Source of the DNA: a virus
Taxonomy: Duplodnaviria > Caudoviricetes
DNA length: 33,175 nucleotides
Reading direction: 5' to 3' (one strand)
Virus record (IMG/VR): IMGVR_UViG_3300032226_000317
Span: 1 to 33,175 of that record
A program made the translations under genes and the position numbers. The notes beneath the pieces were generated by a model, which made no database searches, was not told where the DNA came from, and saw only the letters and a list, made by a program, of their open reading frames with translations. Below, piece by piece: positions 16,135 through 27,200 of this stretch. Position 1 is the stretch's first letter, and each line of letters starts with the position of its first letter.

Positions 16135-16727
16135 TTGGATGGATTTACTTTGCTTAGAAGTTGGTCAAGTTCTAGCACTAACTCTGCTTCGTAGTTCTTA
16201 ACTCCGCTCATAGCTACACCAACCTCGTTAAAAAAGCCCTCGATGCTGTAACCTTTTATCTTGCCTTCCTTTACATCCGTCCACACATGTTCCTCATCAA
16301 CCTTAGTACCGATGAACCATGTCCCATCGGGCAATTCAGGCAGGCCAAGTTCAATGCTCTTGTCATTCTTGCCTTCCTTTAACCATGATTCCACAACGGT
16401 AACACCCGTTACGGGAATTTCATGCTGCAGATTTGTGGTGTGTTGCAGATTTTTTTTGAAGAATTGGTGAGCGATAGCCTGTACGGTTGCCTTTTCAAAG
16501 TAGACATAGTAGGCTTCGCCCTTTTCGTCATAACGCAAAATCTCTTTATCCGGGATAAGTGCGGGGCCGTATAGCATGCGACGTTCCTCATCCACTTTTG
16601 CAAGTTGCATCTTGCTTAATGCTATCCAATTCTCCTCAATAGCGGGCATGTCCACAAGCCCCATCGCCGTAATACCAAGACGTCCTTCCTCATCTATCAC
16701 ACACTTAACTACTTTTCTTTTTTCCAT
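16131..16727 (-). CDS. XkdF-like putative prohead serine protease
   Basis: LVDMPAIE, RMLYGPALIPDK, NLQH, VVESW and VKEGKIKGYSIEG. Confidence 0.8.
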   Translation of the reverse strand: MEKRKVVKCVIDEEGRLGITAMGLVDMPAIEENWIALSKMQLAKVDEERRMLYGPALIPDKEILRYDEKGEAYYVYFEKATVQAIAHQFFKKNLQHTTNLQHEIPVTGVTVVESWLKEGKNDKSIELGLPELPDGTWFIGTKVDEEHVWTDVKEGKIKGYSIEGFFNEVGVAMSGVKNYEAELVLELDQLLSKVNPSK

Positions 16728-16746
16728 GTTACAAAATTATTTATTA

Positions 16747-19080
16747 TTAACCTATTCGTGCTAAATCTTCAACCTTAGTTCTCACCTCTTGCTGACTTGC
16801 CACATCGCCCGATAGTACATAGGCGCGTGGTGTTAGTTGCTCTGGTCTATCTTGCAAGAATGACGAAGCAAGTGGGTTGAACTGCGCAGGCTGTGAACCT
16901 GTGTCCCCACCACCACCAATGGACGGTGATGGAGTATCGACACCGCCACCACCACCACCTTCAAACTTGGTTGCTGCAATCTTTGCAATCGACGCAACAC
17001 CTGTTGTGGTAGCAAGCGCAAGCGATGCAATACCTGCCGGGTTAGGAACAGGCCCGATTGCCACAGGAGCAGAGGCCAGTGATGACGTAACCGCTTTCGC
17101 TGCATCAATAGTAGCCGCACCTAATTGCAATGCCTTTTGAAACTTAAATTGTTTTTTAGCAAGCGCTTCTTCTTCTTTACTACCCTTTTTTACCTTGCTC
17201 ATCTTGTTTGCGAAAACGACATCATTTAATGAGCTAATTGCATTTAACCCCTTTTCGGACAATTCAATATTTGCTTGAATAGTCTCTATATTGAGTTGTC
17301 TTATTTTTTCTTGTTTTTCACGTTCAAATTCTACTAATTTTTCTTTATCACCAAAAGCAAGTCTTTCTTTTTCGGCATATTCAAGTTCAAGTAAAGCTTT
17401 GCGTTCATCAAAACCAGTAAGGTCATTTTGTATGCGTAAAGTATTTAATTCGTTATTGCGTGTTATTTCTGCTTCAGTTATTGCTGTAGCATTGGTCTGC
17501 AATGATTGATCTATCTCTTGCTTTTTTTGTGCATAGGCTATTTCAGCATCTAACCTTGCTTGCGTACCTTGGTTATATTTATCAATCTCAGTTTGAAGGG
17601 CAGCCAAGGCAATAGTTTTTTCTTGTTCTAAAACTGCACGCTGGGCATTGAGCCTATCCAAATCATTTTTTATACTGTCTGCTGTAAACTTCGCATCAGC
17701 TATTGCAAGTTCTGCATTACTTTGTACTTGCGCCTTTGTTAATTCGTTAAGTTCTTTATTAAGTGCTATCTCATTTACAAGCTGTTCAGACTTCAATCCA
17801 GCAATCTTAGCACGCACACCATCGACACCTGCTAGTGCTTGCGTTAAAGCTACCTGATTGTCTATAGTTTGATTATGTTGAAACGTTGCTTGTGCTGCTG
17901 CGACTTGCGCCTGTGCCGATGCTAACTCAGCCTTTTCTTGTTTTTCTAAAACTTCACCAAGTTTCGTGTTAGCATCAATACGGTCTTGAATGCTTTTGCT
18001 TTCATCGTCACGTGTCTGTCTTAATAACTCTGCTTGGCGATCATATTGCTCGGCCAATCTTGCCTGTTCTGCCGCAGCAAGTTTTGCGTTGTTTTGTAAC
18101 TTGACTAACTCTTCATTAGCTTTAAACGTTTCCGAAACATACTTGCCGAATGCCGCCGCTCCTTCTACAACTGCATCAGTAACTTTGTTTACAGTATCAT
18201 CAACACCCGTTAAAACATCAATAGATTCTTTACCCGCGTTCTTAAATGATTCAAGTGCAGCATCAAACTCACCAGTAAAAAGATTCTTAATACCCTCTGC
18301 AATAAATCCAAGTGTATCAACAAAGGAGTTAAAACGTTCAATCAGGTTCTCAACGATAGCATCACCAAAATCTTTTAACGCTTGTACCGGGTCATTAAAA
18401 ATAGCCTCAAAATATTCTATGACTGTACCTGCATTATCACTGATATATGTAAACGCATCGCGTATAATATCGGTAAATGTTCCAAATGCCGCGCTAAACG
18501 CGTCCGCAATTGGTTGAGTTGATTGTATAACACTCTTTACAGTATTGAATGCAGCAGTCAATAACGCTACTACACCCGTTGCCTTAGCAAGTCCATTAAG
18601 GGTGGAACCTACTTTCTTAAATCCTGATTCAGCACCTTTAGCATTTTCACCTAATTTCTTTGCAGACTTTGCAGATTCATCTAGTTTATCCTTTGCGTTT
18701 TCGGCTTTATCACCAATATCAGCTAACGAATTTTTTGCTTGATCAAAAGGCTCAGTTGGAAATTTAACCTCATTGGGCAATTCCTTTAGATCACTACCTA
18801 AGTCCTTGACTTGCGCATTTAAGTCGTTAAGGTTTTGTTTACTTTCATTAGTGTCCAAATTAAATGATTGAGATGCATCATTAATTGTTTGACTTGTAGC
18901 ACTAATCTGATTTGATAACTCTTGTAGATTTTGCTCACTCTTGTCAGTATTAACATTAAATGATTTTTTAGCGTTATCAACTAAATCAATAGTTGCATCC
19001 AGTTGAACATTTAACTCTTTAAGGTTTTGTTCACTTTCACTGGTATCGATTACAAAACTTCTAACAATAGGTTCAGCCAT
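16747..19080 (-). CDS. tail tape measure protein
   Basis: 777 aa, helical and Ala/Leu/Glu/Lys-rich, with aromatic periodicity, C-terminal hydrophobic segments and an RAYV end. Confidence 0.85.
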   Translation of the reverse strand: MAEPIVRSFVIDTSESEQNLKELNVQLDATIDLVDNAKKSFNVNTDKSEQNLQELSNQISATSQTINDASQSFNLDTNESKQNLNDLNAQVKDLGSDLKELPNEVKFPTEPFDQAKNSLADIGDKAENAKDKLDESAKSAKKLGENAKGAESGFKKVGSTLNGLAKATGVVALLTAAFNTVKSVIQSTQPIADAFSAAFGTFTDIIRDAFTYISDNAGTVIEYFEAIFNDPVQALKDFGDAIVENLIERFNSFVDTLGFIAEGIKNLFTGEFDAALESFKNAGKESIDVLTGVDDTVNKVTDAVVEGAAAFGKYVSETFKANEELVKLQNNAKLAAAEQARLAEQYDRQAELLRQTRDDESKSIQDRIDANTKLGEVLEKQEKAELASAQAQVAAAQATFQHNQTIDNQVALTQALAGVDGVRAKIAGLKSEQLVNEIALNKELNELTKAQVQSNAELAIADAKFTADSIKNDLDRLNAQRAVLEQEKTIALAALQTEIDKYNQGTQARLDAEIAYAQKKQEIDQSLQTNATAITEAEITRNNELNTLRIQNDLTGFDERKALLELEYAEKERLAFGDKEKLVEFEREKQEKIRQLNIETIQANIELSEKGLNAISSLNDVVFANKMSKVKKGSKEEEALAKKQFKFQKALQLGAATIDAAKAVTSSLASAPVAIGPVPNPAGIASLALATTTGVASIAKIAATKFEGGGGGGVDTPSPSIGGGGDTGSQPAQFNPLASSFLQDRPEQLTPRAYVLSGDVASQQEVRTKVEDLARIG

Positions 19081-19253
19081 TAGTATATGAAATTAGCGAT
19101 TATATAAATGATTAGAAAGAATAAGAACGTGCGCCATGCATAGAGCGTAATAAACCACAGCACACGCTGCCAAGGGCGAAGTGAGTAGATGTACTTAGGT
19201 GGTGACTTAACACCGAGTTGCAAATAGCGCAATGAGTTTTTGATGTTGTCCAT
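19080..19253 (-). CDS. 57-aa membrane protein (not in ORF track)
   Basis: MDNIKNSLRYLQLGV...WQRVLWFITLYAWRTFLFFLIIYIIANFIY; TAATG-coupled to the tape measure gene. Confidence 0.65.
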   Translation of the reverse strand: MDNIKNSLRYLQLGVKSPPKYIYSLRPWQRVLWFITLYAWRTFLFFLIIYIIANFIY

Positions 19254-19254
19254 G

Positions 19255-22200
19255 TTATGTTGTTTTACTTTGTTGATATTGTATGGATGCTGTAATAAAC
19301 AAGTCTGCAGGATAAGTGCCAGCTGTTACGGTCACATTGATTCGATGCTCGTCCGTATTAGTCGTAGTATCAATTCCGAATGTGAAAACGTTACTACCCA
19401 CAGCGCCTATGGTGCTTAGCGTGGTGATTGCACTGGCAGTTGCTGTGCCGCCTATCTTATCGAGTGTAAAGTGATGTAATGAATTTTCACTTGCACCAAA
19501 TGAATCTTTAATAGTCACGTTCATGAGCACGCTCCATACCGTCTCATCGCTAATGTTGATGTATTGACCTGCCACACCTTCAATGTCCAAGTCTACAACA
19601 GTGCCTGAAGCTGCAACGATGGGTCTTGAATGCAACACGAATTGTCCAAACTGCGCCCATCCATAGTAAGTGCTTGTATTGTCGCCATCGCGATAGCCAC
19701 CGCCCACGTGAATACCGGGTAGATTCGTGTAAACGTTTTTACCGAGCAATGTGCTACCGCGAACGTTGGATGTAAGTTCTAACTTTTCACCCACCGCAAG
19801 CATGTTGGCATTGCCTTCTGCAATGGTCACGTCCGTTCCTGTGATAGATGAATTGGTTATACTTAAATTACGTCTTGCTGCCTTGATTACACGCGGTGCA
19901 GGATTGGTTGCTGTACCTGTGGTTGGTGGTGATGGTCTTGTACCTGTTATAGTACCCCAACATATAGCGTTGGCTTCGTCCCAAGTAAAGCCGTAGCGCG
20001 TGCAACAACTTTCATTCGACGCAATCGGGTCACCGTTATAGTCAATGAATAGGATTTCGCCGTTGGAAGTTTGCTCAGATGGCACACCATTGCAGTCCTC
20101 TTGATTTTCAAGAAACTTCAACAGCTTGACTTGTGTGCTTTCGTACATGCCCACCTTGTAGTCGTTGACTTCAAGAATGCGCCAATAGCTATCTTGTATC
20201 CAAATCTTGTCACTAAACTTAAAGCTAACTATATCCTTTAGGTCAAGTGCAAACGATGCCTCCATGATTCTACCTTCAGGCGAATACAGAGCATTCATAT
20301 AGCTACGCCAATACTTGTTGAATAGGTTGTTGTATGGATTGCTATTGATAAAGTGCGGAGGCGTTTCAGGTGCCCAGTTCAAATCTTCATCGTCAACAGA
20401 TGCTTGCACCACACTATAATTATTTAGCACTGGTATGGCATCGGTCACAACTGTGCTAGTGGAATCATCAAACATTCTAATATTAACAGCACCTGCTTCA
20501 AAAAGGCAACGCGGCCCCGGTGCAACAAACTCTAAAGAGTCATTATAAAATAGAGGCATGACATAACCACTACCATTGATAACACCACTTGGCGTAGATC
20601 GCGTGACAAGCTGCACCTTTTGGTCACCAATCACATAGTCACTTGGTGGTGTGCTAGGGTTTACGGTATATCCGATTGCTTCATAGTCACCATATATCCT
20701 GTTAACGTTTCGGTATGGTCGTGCAATGATATCCTCACCCGCTGTATAGGTAAATTGAAACTTGGCCTTTTGTAAATCTACCGTGCTGGTTATAGTTATA
20801 TCCTTACTCGTGTCAAGCTTATTTGTCCAATCGAGCGTATCGCCACTACCCAAATAGCTATTCTGTGGCACGATGTAAATCTTATTTGGTATTGCCCTAT
20901 CAGCTACAATAGCACAGTTATGCATCTTGATTACGTCAGTGACTAAATCAATTTGGCGCATATCGGGTGCGTTCTGATTGTAAAAAATCGTTTGTCCATA
21001 ACTTAACAGAGCGTACTCCATTCTAAAGTTACTGCCCGGTTCTAAAAAACAAAAGGTTAAACCTAAAACGTTGGTTGTTGTACCTGCTCCTGAAAAGCTA
21101 ATTGTATCTCCTGCGTTTAGCAGTATAAACTTACTGGTTTGCCAAGTATTAATTCCCTCATTGAAAACTATACCATCATTGATAGCAGGTTGCAATACTC
21201 CGTTAAGGGTTGACCTTATTTGAAACGTACCCCCACCCACAGGAACGTCAATTATTAAAGTCCACGCGAATGAATATAACCCCGCAAATGGTGCGGTGTA
21301 TTCAAACGTGGTTGCATTATAACTACTTCCCGCATTGTCAAATACAATATTGTCAAATTGAAACGGAAAAAAGTATTGTTGCGTAGCCGATAACTCAACC
21401 AACAAACCTTGTGCACCTGCTACATCACTTCCTTGCAATGCTCCGTTATTGCACCAAGGCATCCAGTATGTGGTAAGTATCGTTTCAAGTGTGCCCGCTG
21501 CAAGTTCAAACCCCGCCTCGGTGATAATATTCTTAAACAAATACCACCAACTTAGAGCAGGTGTTAAATCGGCTGCATAGACTGGGTATGTAGAATCAAG
21601 CAAAGACTGTGTACCTTCCTCACCACCTTCGCTCCATAATTGACCACGATCTAAAATTGTCCAAATGCGGTCGGCACTTGGTGTTATAACGTTGTTATAT
21701 TCTACCGTTTCATCCAATGATGTCAACGCACCCAAATCTTGCAGCTTCTTTTCACCGATGTTGCGCACAAGGTCAGGTGTCTCAGCATAAAACGCTATCT
21801 CAACTTCATTGATTCTGTTCTGTTGCTTGTATACTTTACGCACCCGCACATAACCCGCTGCGATAGGCAACGTATCAACGCGAATTTCAGCACGTAGTTT
21901 ATAGTGGAAATAGTTTTCTAAGCCACCCGCCGCGTTAACATCGAACAGCGCACCAAGTGCTTGCTGATTGTTGTAGCTGTATGGTATACGAAACTCACGA
22001 CTGAACGCACCTTGTGAAGTAAAGTTGTTAAGGTCTTGGAACTTCCAGTTTTGGCTGATGCTTTCGTTTTCAAACAAGTCAAGATATGCCTCGGTTTCAG
22101 ACCCCCAATCAAAGTAACCACCTGCTGATAACCTAAAATCGAAACTAAATCCGCTGTTAAAATTCAGGCGCGTTAATCCGGGTGTTGGTGTATCGGGTTG

Positions 22201-22404
22201 AATCGAATTACAAATACGAATATTGGTTTGACCAAGTGAATTCTTAAGTGTTACCGATGTGCCAACGATGGTGGACTGATTAGGAAACGCAGGCACAACA
22301 ATGCGCAGCGAGCCAACACCACCTAAGGTTGCAACATTGCTTTGGCTATATACTTGGATTTCGCCACTACCACTTCTTACTATCAGTTGTACTTCTCCGT
22401 TCAT
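19255..22404 (-). CDS. tail tip / hub protein
   Basis: 1049 aa. YLDLFENESI...FSREFRIP hub-like start, C1q-like insert, LFNKYW...IWIQDSYWRI and a variable C-terminal domain. Confidence 0.7.
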   Translation of the reverse strand: MNGEVQLIVRSGSGEIQVYSQSNVATLGGVGSLRIVVPAFPNQSTIVGTSVTLKNSLGQTNIRICNSIQPDTPTPGLTRLNFNSGFSFDFRLSAGGYFDWGSETEAYLDLFENESISQNWKFQDLNNFTSQGAFSREFRIPYSYNNQQALGALFDVNAAGGLENYFHYKLRAEIRVDTLPIAAGYVRVRKVYKQQNRINEVEIAFYAETPDLVRNIGEKKLQDLGALTSLDETVEYNNVITPSADRIWTILDRGQLWSEGGEEGTQSLLDSTYPVYAADLTPALSWWYLFKNIITEAGFELAAGTLETILTTYWMPWCNNGALQGSDVAGAQGLLVELSATQQYFFPFQFDNIVFDNAGSSYNATTFEYTAPFAGLYSFAWTLIIDVPVGGGTFQIRSTLNGVLQPAINDGIVFNEGINTWQTSKFILLNAGDTISFSGAGTTTNVLGLTFCFLEPGSNFRMEYALLSYGQTIFYNQNAPDMRQIDLVTDVIKMHNCAIVADRAIPNKIYIVPQNSYLGSGDTLDWTNKLDTSKDITITSTVDLQKAKFQFTYTAGEDIIARPYRNVNRIYGDYEAIGYTVNPSTPPSDYVIGDQKVQLVTRSTPSGVINGSGYVMPLFYNDSLEFVAPGPRCLFEAGAVNIRMFDDSTSTVVTDAIPVLNNYSVVQASVDDEDLNWAPETPPHFINSNPYNNLFNKYWRSYMNALYSPEGRIMEASFALDLKDIVSFKFSDKIWIQDSYWRILEVNDYKVGMYESTQVKLLKFLENQEDCNGVPSEQTSNGEILFIDYNGDPIASNESCCTRYGFTWDEANAICWGTITGTRPSPPTTGTATNPAPRVIKAARRNLSITNSSITGTDVTIAEGNANMLAVGEKLELTSNVRGSTLLGKNVYTNLPGIHVGGGYRDGDNTSTYYGWAQFGQFVLHSRPIVAASGTVVDLDIEGVAGQYINISDETVWSVLMNVTIKDSFGASENSLHHFTLDKIGGTATASAITTLSTIGAVGSNVFTFGIDTTTNTDEHRINVTVTAGTYPADLFITASIQYQQSKTT

Positions 22405-22405
22405 G

Positions 22406-23692
22406 TTATGTCCAGTATTCGTTTGCGATTCGCATCTTTAAAGTTACGTTATACAGCTTGCCATCACGTGTGTTCTTTTCCACATACGATGTATCGTCTA
22501 GGTTTACAGGTATTGAGATGTTTTTACCTGCGTCCTGTGTTAGCCATTCAACTTGATTGCTTACAAGTAACGAGCGCAGGAATTGAAACTCGCCCTCACT
22601 AATGAAGTCGCTTGTGATTGTAATAACTTGTTGCACCAAGTTCCTGCGTTCTTGCAATCCTCGGTCGGTAGCTTTGAAAACTGCAGTTGTACCATTGAAC
22701 AACACACGTCTAAACTTCTTGCGTTCTATTTCATCAGTTGTTTCTGACTTCTTAATAAAGTTAAAGTAATCCCACCCGCCTTTACTATTGACAAATGCAA
22801 GGCGCATGTTGTAATATCTGCAATCGCGCTGACCATATACACCCGCATTGTAGAATATAAAGGCTTTGCTTTTTTGCGATACGCCATTAAACACGGAAAC
22901 TGTGTAACAACGCCAGTTAGGAAAGAGCGAAGGCTTAACGGTTAACGTAGTAAAGTCATTGAGGTTGGCAGGATACACTGGCAAACCTTCAATGTCATAT
23001 CCGTTTAATGGTAGTGTTTCCGTGACAACACCACCCGTTGCGGGAAACATGCCGATTCGATAAGTATCGACTACGTTATTGGTTAAGTACGTGTCATTGC
23101 CCGGTATAGACAACAATCCATAATCACTTTCAAATACAGGAATCCAAATAATGTTATTACTACTACCAAAGGCCCATGAACTTTGATACTTGTTAACGTG
23201 CATGCCCCCGAACCTATCGGACATTGGTAGGCTCGTTAGGAAGGATGTGAGCGAACGCTGTACTTTTGCAGAGCCTGTGAGCACGTTTGGTTTGTAACCA
23301 TCGATTACTTGAAAGTAACCATTGATTGCTATCATTTCTTCACCTACAACCGCGCTGCCGGGATTGACTGTAAGCACACCATCAACTATCCAGTTTTCAC
23401 TAAGCGTAAAGCTCATGTCCAACTTGCTGTTATCATCAACCGTGTCATCTGTTGCATAGTGTGAATTAGTACCAAGCACGTTGCGCATATCATCAACAAG
23501 TGGCGAAAGGTCAAAGTACAACCTATCATCGGGAGCGGCCGATACATAAAACGTATACAGCTTACCCTCTATTGTAACGTCAACACCGTATCGAAAACCC
23601 GAATTAGATATCTCGTCACTTATTGCAATGATCATTAGCTTTTGACCACGTATGGCCCACTTGTATGGCTGGTCTTCTATTGTTATTGCCAT
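22406..23692 (-). CDS. tail protein (distal-tail-like)
   Basis: LAFVNSKGGWDYFNF...FLRSLLVSNQV C-terminal domain, typical of Bacteroidota phage tail genes. Confidence 0.6.
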   Translation of the reverse strand: MAITIEDQPYKWAIRGQKLMIIAISDEISNSGFRYGVDVTIEGKLYTFYVSAAPDDRLYFDLSPLVDDMRNVLGTNSHYATDDTVDDNSKLDMSFTLSENWIVDGVLTVNPGSAVVGEEMIAINGYFQVIDGYKPNVLTGSAKVQRSLTSFLTSLPMSDRFGGMHVNKYQSSWAFGSSNNIIWIPVFESDYGLLSIPGNDTYLTNNVVDTYRIGMFPATGGVVTETLPLNGYDIEGLPVYPANLNDFTTLTVKPSLFPNWRCYTVSVFNGVSQKSKAFIFYNAGVYGQRDCRYYNMRLAFVNSKGGWDYFNFIKKSETTDEIERKKFRRVLFNGTTAVFKATDRGLQERRNLVQQVITITSDFISEGEFQFLRSLLVSNQVEWLTQDAGKNISIPVNLDDTSYVEKNTRDGKLYNVTLKMRIANEYWT

Positions 23693-24210
23693 TATCTTTT
23701 ATTTAGTAGTAATCGGTTCTCTATGCTTTTTATGTAGCTATCCATTAGCCTGTCTTTATACTCGTCCCATGTATCGTCTATTGCTTCGCTGTAATAGTTG
23801 ATACCTTCAATGCCATTCTTGCCGATGCTCTTAGCGATTGCAAACGCTGCGCTCTTTATGTTGCTCTCGGTTGACTTAATGAATTCACCTTGTCTATTGC
23901 GAAGCTTCAAACGTTTAATGCGTATCCAATCCTCAATAGGTTTAACAGGTGGCATCCTCGCACCGGGTCTTCTACCAAACTCAATCACGTCTGCATATTG
24001 TCCCGCTGCATCATTGCTAACCGTAAAGTCAATGGTCGGTTTGTTATAGCGTATCTTAAGGTTATAATATAGAGAGTTGAGCAAACGCCCGGATGCAACA
24101 CGATTCACGGTCTTGCCGCGCACTCTACGCTTAATACGTAGGTTGGATTGCGCCCGTTCGATAACAGCAACCGCATACTCGTTTAATATGTCCTCGAATG
24201 CATCTGCCAT
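23692..24210 (-). CDS. neck / tail-completion protein (HK97 gp10-like)
   Basis: ASGRLLNSL, YADVIEFGRRPG-x-x-M-P-P and AFAIAKSI. Confidence 0.7.
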   Translation of the reverse strand: MADAFEDILNEYAVAVIERAQSNLRIKRRVRGKTVNRVASGRLLNSLYYNLKIRYNKPTIDFTVSNDAAGQYADVIEFGRRPGARMPPVKPIEDWIRIKRLKLRNRQGEFIKSTESNIKSAAFAIAKSIGKNGIEGINYYSEAIDDTWDEYKDRLMDSYIKSIENRLLLNKR

Positions 24211-27200
24211 TATGCAACCTCCTCGAATTCTACGATTGAACCTGCTTTAATTGTAATAAGACCGTTGACCGATGCGATGACGCTCATGCTCACCGTGCCG
24301 TTTGCCGATGCTATGTAAATGCCATCAGCGCTTGCAATACGTTGCAGTGTGGAAATGCCAAACACGGTGCCTGTATTGTTAGCGACACCATTGTTGATTA
24401 CGTTAGTTGAAACACCGGTTCCTGTTGTAAAACGGAAAGTAGTTGTACCCGCTGGGCCATTCGTACTTAGCGCGCCATTCACCGTACCTGTTGCCACAAT
24501 TATAATCGTTGCACGCCACTTGTAGGTTTTGCCTGCCGTGACGTTGAATTGTAAACCTGTGATGTTTTGGAAAGCTACTCCACTTGTGATGAAGTCACTT
24601 GTCAAAACAGCATAACCACCTACGCCAATATCCGATTTTAACTCAGCAAGTGTCAAAGCAGAAACAGTGTTATCCGCATTGATGCGTAGATAACGTGTTG
24701 CACTTGGATTAGGTAGCGTTGCTATGTTAGTACCTACCGTCGTAAGTCCGATGCTGTCTTGTTTGCCGTTAAACGTTGACCAGTCAGCGCTACTTAATGC
24801 ACCACGATTTGCAGCACTAGCAGTCGGCAAGTTAAACGTGTGCGTGCTTCCTGTGCTACTTATTGCAAAATCACTTCCCGCTGTGCCTGTGGCAAGATTT
24901 TGAACCTGCGATGTAAGACCATTAATTGCATTGATGCCGGTGCTGAGTGTTGTGATTACTTGGCATAGGTGGCCGTTCTCGGTGTGAAGTTTAAGGGTGC
25001 GCCCCGATGTAGTAACAAACACACGCAAAGCCAATCTATCGGTTAAAGTCATAACCGTTGCTGGTACTGCAAGGGCTGTATAATAGGCATCTATTACTGT
25101 CCCTTGTGTTATGCCTTCAGGCGTTGCAACATCGGTGGCTAAAAGCGTGAATGTTGTGCCGTCATACTTGTATAACTCAACGTAGAATGAAGGCGAGCCG
25201 CCACCTGAGGAGGCATTAAAAAAAAGTTCTAAGTTGAAGTTACCACCCGGCACAAGTAACACATTTGGATCATTAGCATCCGTAATGAATTGCGCAATCA
25301 AACCGTTCCCTTGTCCATTGGTTCGCGTGAAGTCAGTTCCTGCACCAAATACAGCCGTCTTGCTCATTTGGTAGTAGGTGCTTCCACCTATTGTACCTTG
25401 ATTAATTGAGCCATTTAAGTAGTAGCTAACTGATGAACCACCTCCACTCGTTGTTGGGAAGTTGGCAAGTTGACCATCGCCACGCACGTATTGTGTAGCA
25501 AGTCCTGCACCCGTTATTGCAAGCGTACCCGCCGATGTAATTGGTGAGCCTGTAACATTAAAAGCCGAGGGAACAGTAAGAGCAACCGATGTAACCGTGC
25601 CACTTGTTATGGTTGGCTTGTTGAGTATCTGTGCAACGCCACTTGCGGCATTCCAGTCGCTATTGACTTGCGCTGCAGGTATTGTAGGCTTATTCAAGAT
25701 TTCTGCAACGCCACTTACTGCGTTCCAATCCGAGTTGACTTGCGCGGGTGGTATCGTTGGGAATGTTTGCAGCGCACCACCACCATCGATGTATTGAGTG
25801 CTATTTCCTGCCGCTGTAATTGCCAACGTGCCCGATGTCGTAACAGGTGAACCTGAAACGTTAAAAGCTGCAGGTGCTGTAAGTGCAACTGAAGTTACTG
25901 TGCCGCTGCCGCCTCCACCACTTGGTGTCGATGCTATCCATTGCCCAGTGCTAGTGTTGAATGTAAGCACCTGCCCGTTGGTTGGTGTGGGTACGTTAAC
26001 ATCGGTTAAGCTATCAAGTGTTGAGGGTACAAAAGGCTTGTTGAGTATTTGCGCCAATCCACTAACCGCGTTCCAATCGCTGTTAACCTGAGCGGCGGGA
26101 ATCGTTGGTTTATTTAGTATTTGAGCAAGGCCACTTATAGCGCTCCAATCTGCGTTGACAGGTGTAACTATGGTAGGCTTGTTTTTAATGAAGTCTAACG
26201 CGGCTGTGTTAACCTGTGTCCAATCCGATTGTATTTGTCCTGCAGGAATAGTCGGTTGGTTAATCAAATCGGTATAGCTTCCCGTAGTTGCAACCGTTGC
26301 AAGCGAGGGTTTATTTAATATTTGCGCTATACCACTTGAAGCATTCCAATCACTATTTACTTGTGCTGCGGGAATGGTTGGCTTGTTTAGGATTTCAGCT
26401 ACTCCGCTGATTGCATTCCAATCTGAATTGACTTGTGCCGGTGGAATGGTTGGTTTATTCAATACTTGAAAGTCGCCACTCGTTGCGTTCCAATCGACAG
26501 GTGTTTGACGCAACCTGTTACCAACGCTTACAAGTACCCAGTACAAAGTGTTAGTAGGTAGTAGCGCGTCATTATTGGCGATGCATTGATATACATTGCC
26601 ATTGTACCATACGCGATCACCTATTACATATTGGTTGCCCGTTGCTGTGGTGTGATTGACATTAAACTCGGTACTCACGTAGTCAACCGTTCCACCTGCC
26701 GCATCTATTGTAACCGAGCCATTGCCTAAGTCAGTAATGGTTATGTTCGTGCCATCAACTAAGTTTAGTTTTGTTTGCACAACATTGTCAACACCATTCG
26801 TCTGCAGCTCGATGCCATAACCCGTTCCTGTCCCGCCGCTACCACTTGCACCACCAACAGACCATATCGCAGGTATGTCACAAGCACTCCAGTCCCACGG
26901 TACTGAAAGCTTCAAAGTAAACGCAACACCCGTAACCGTGTTCTTTTGCTCCTCCATAAACGGTTCGAAGGTGGGTGTTTCAAGCAGCTGCACATCAAAG
27001 CCAAATAGTTCCAAACCATTCTTAACTTCAGCTATCAAGTCCTGCCCCAATCGGATGCAATCGCTAATTACTTCACGCTGATACTCGGCTTTATATTCTT
27101 TGTCGCGCGGTATGTCCGCAAACATGATATGAAAACTGAAGTTCATTGCACCTTGCACAGGCTCAATGGTATCAGGCGTGACGTGCATGAATGGATATTG

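Noticed and set aside
17990-18517. 175-aa + strand ORF and similar antisense ORFs over structural genes
   Set aside because: These are shadow frames of Ala/Glu-rich genes, with Ser-rich translations and no leaders or motifs.
25218-25225. T8 run (coding strand) in the fibre gene as a frameshift site
   Set aside because: It encodes Leu-Phe-Phe within a domain, and the -1 frame stops immediately. Nothing else supports recoding.
25610-26500. Periodic DNA repeats resembling a CRISPR array or DGR template
   Set aside because: They are in-frame coding repeats with synonymous divergence and no unique spacers; no cas or reverse transcriptase gene is present.
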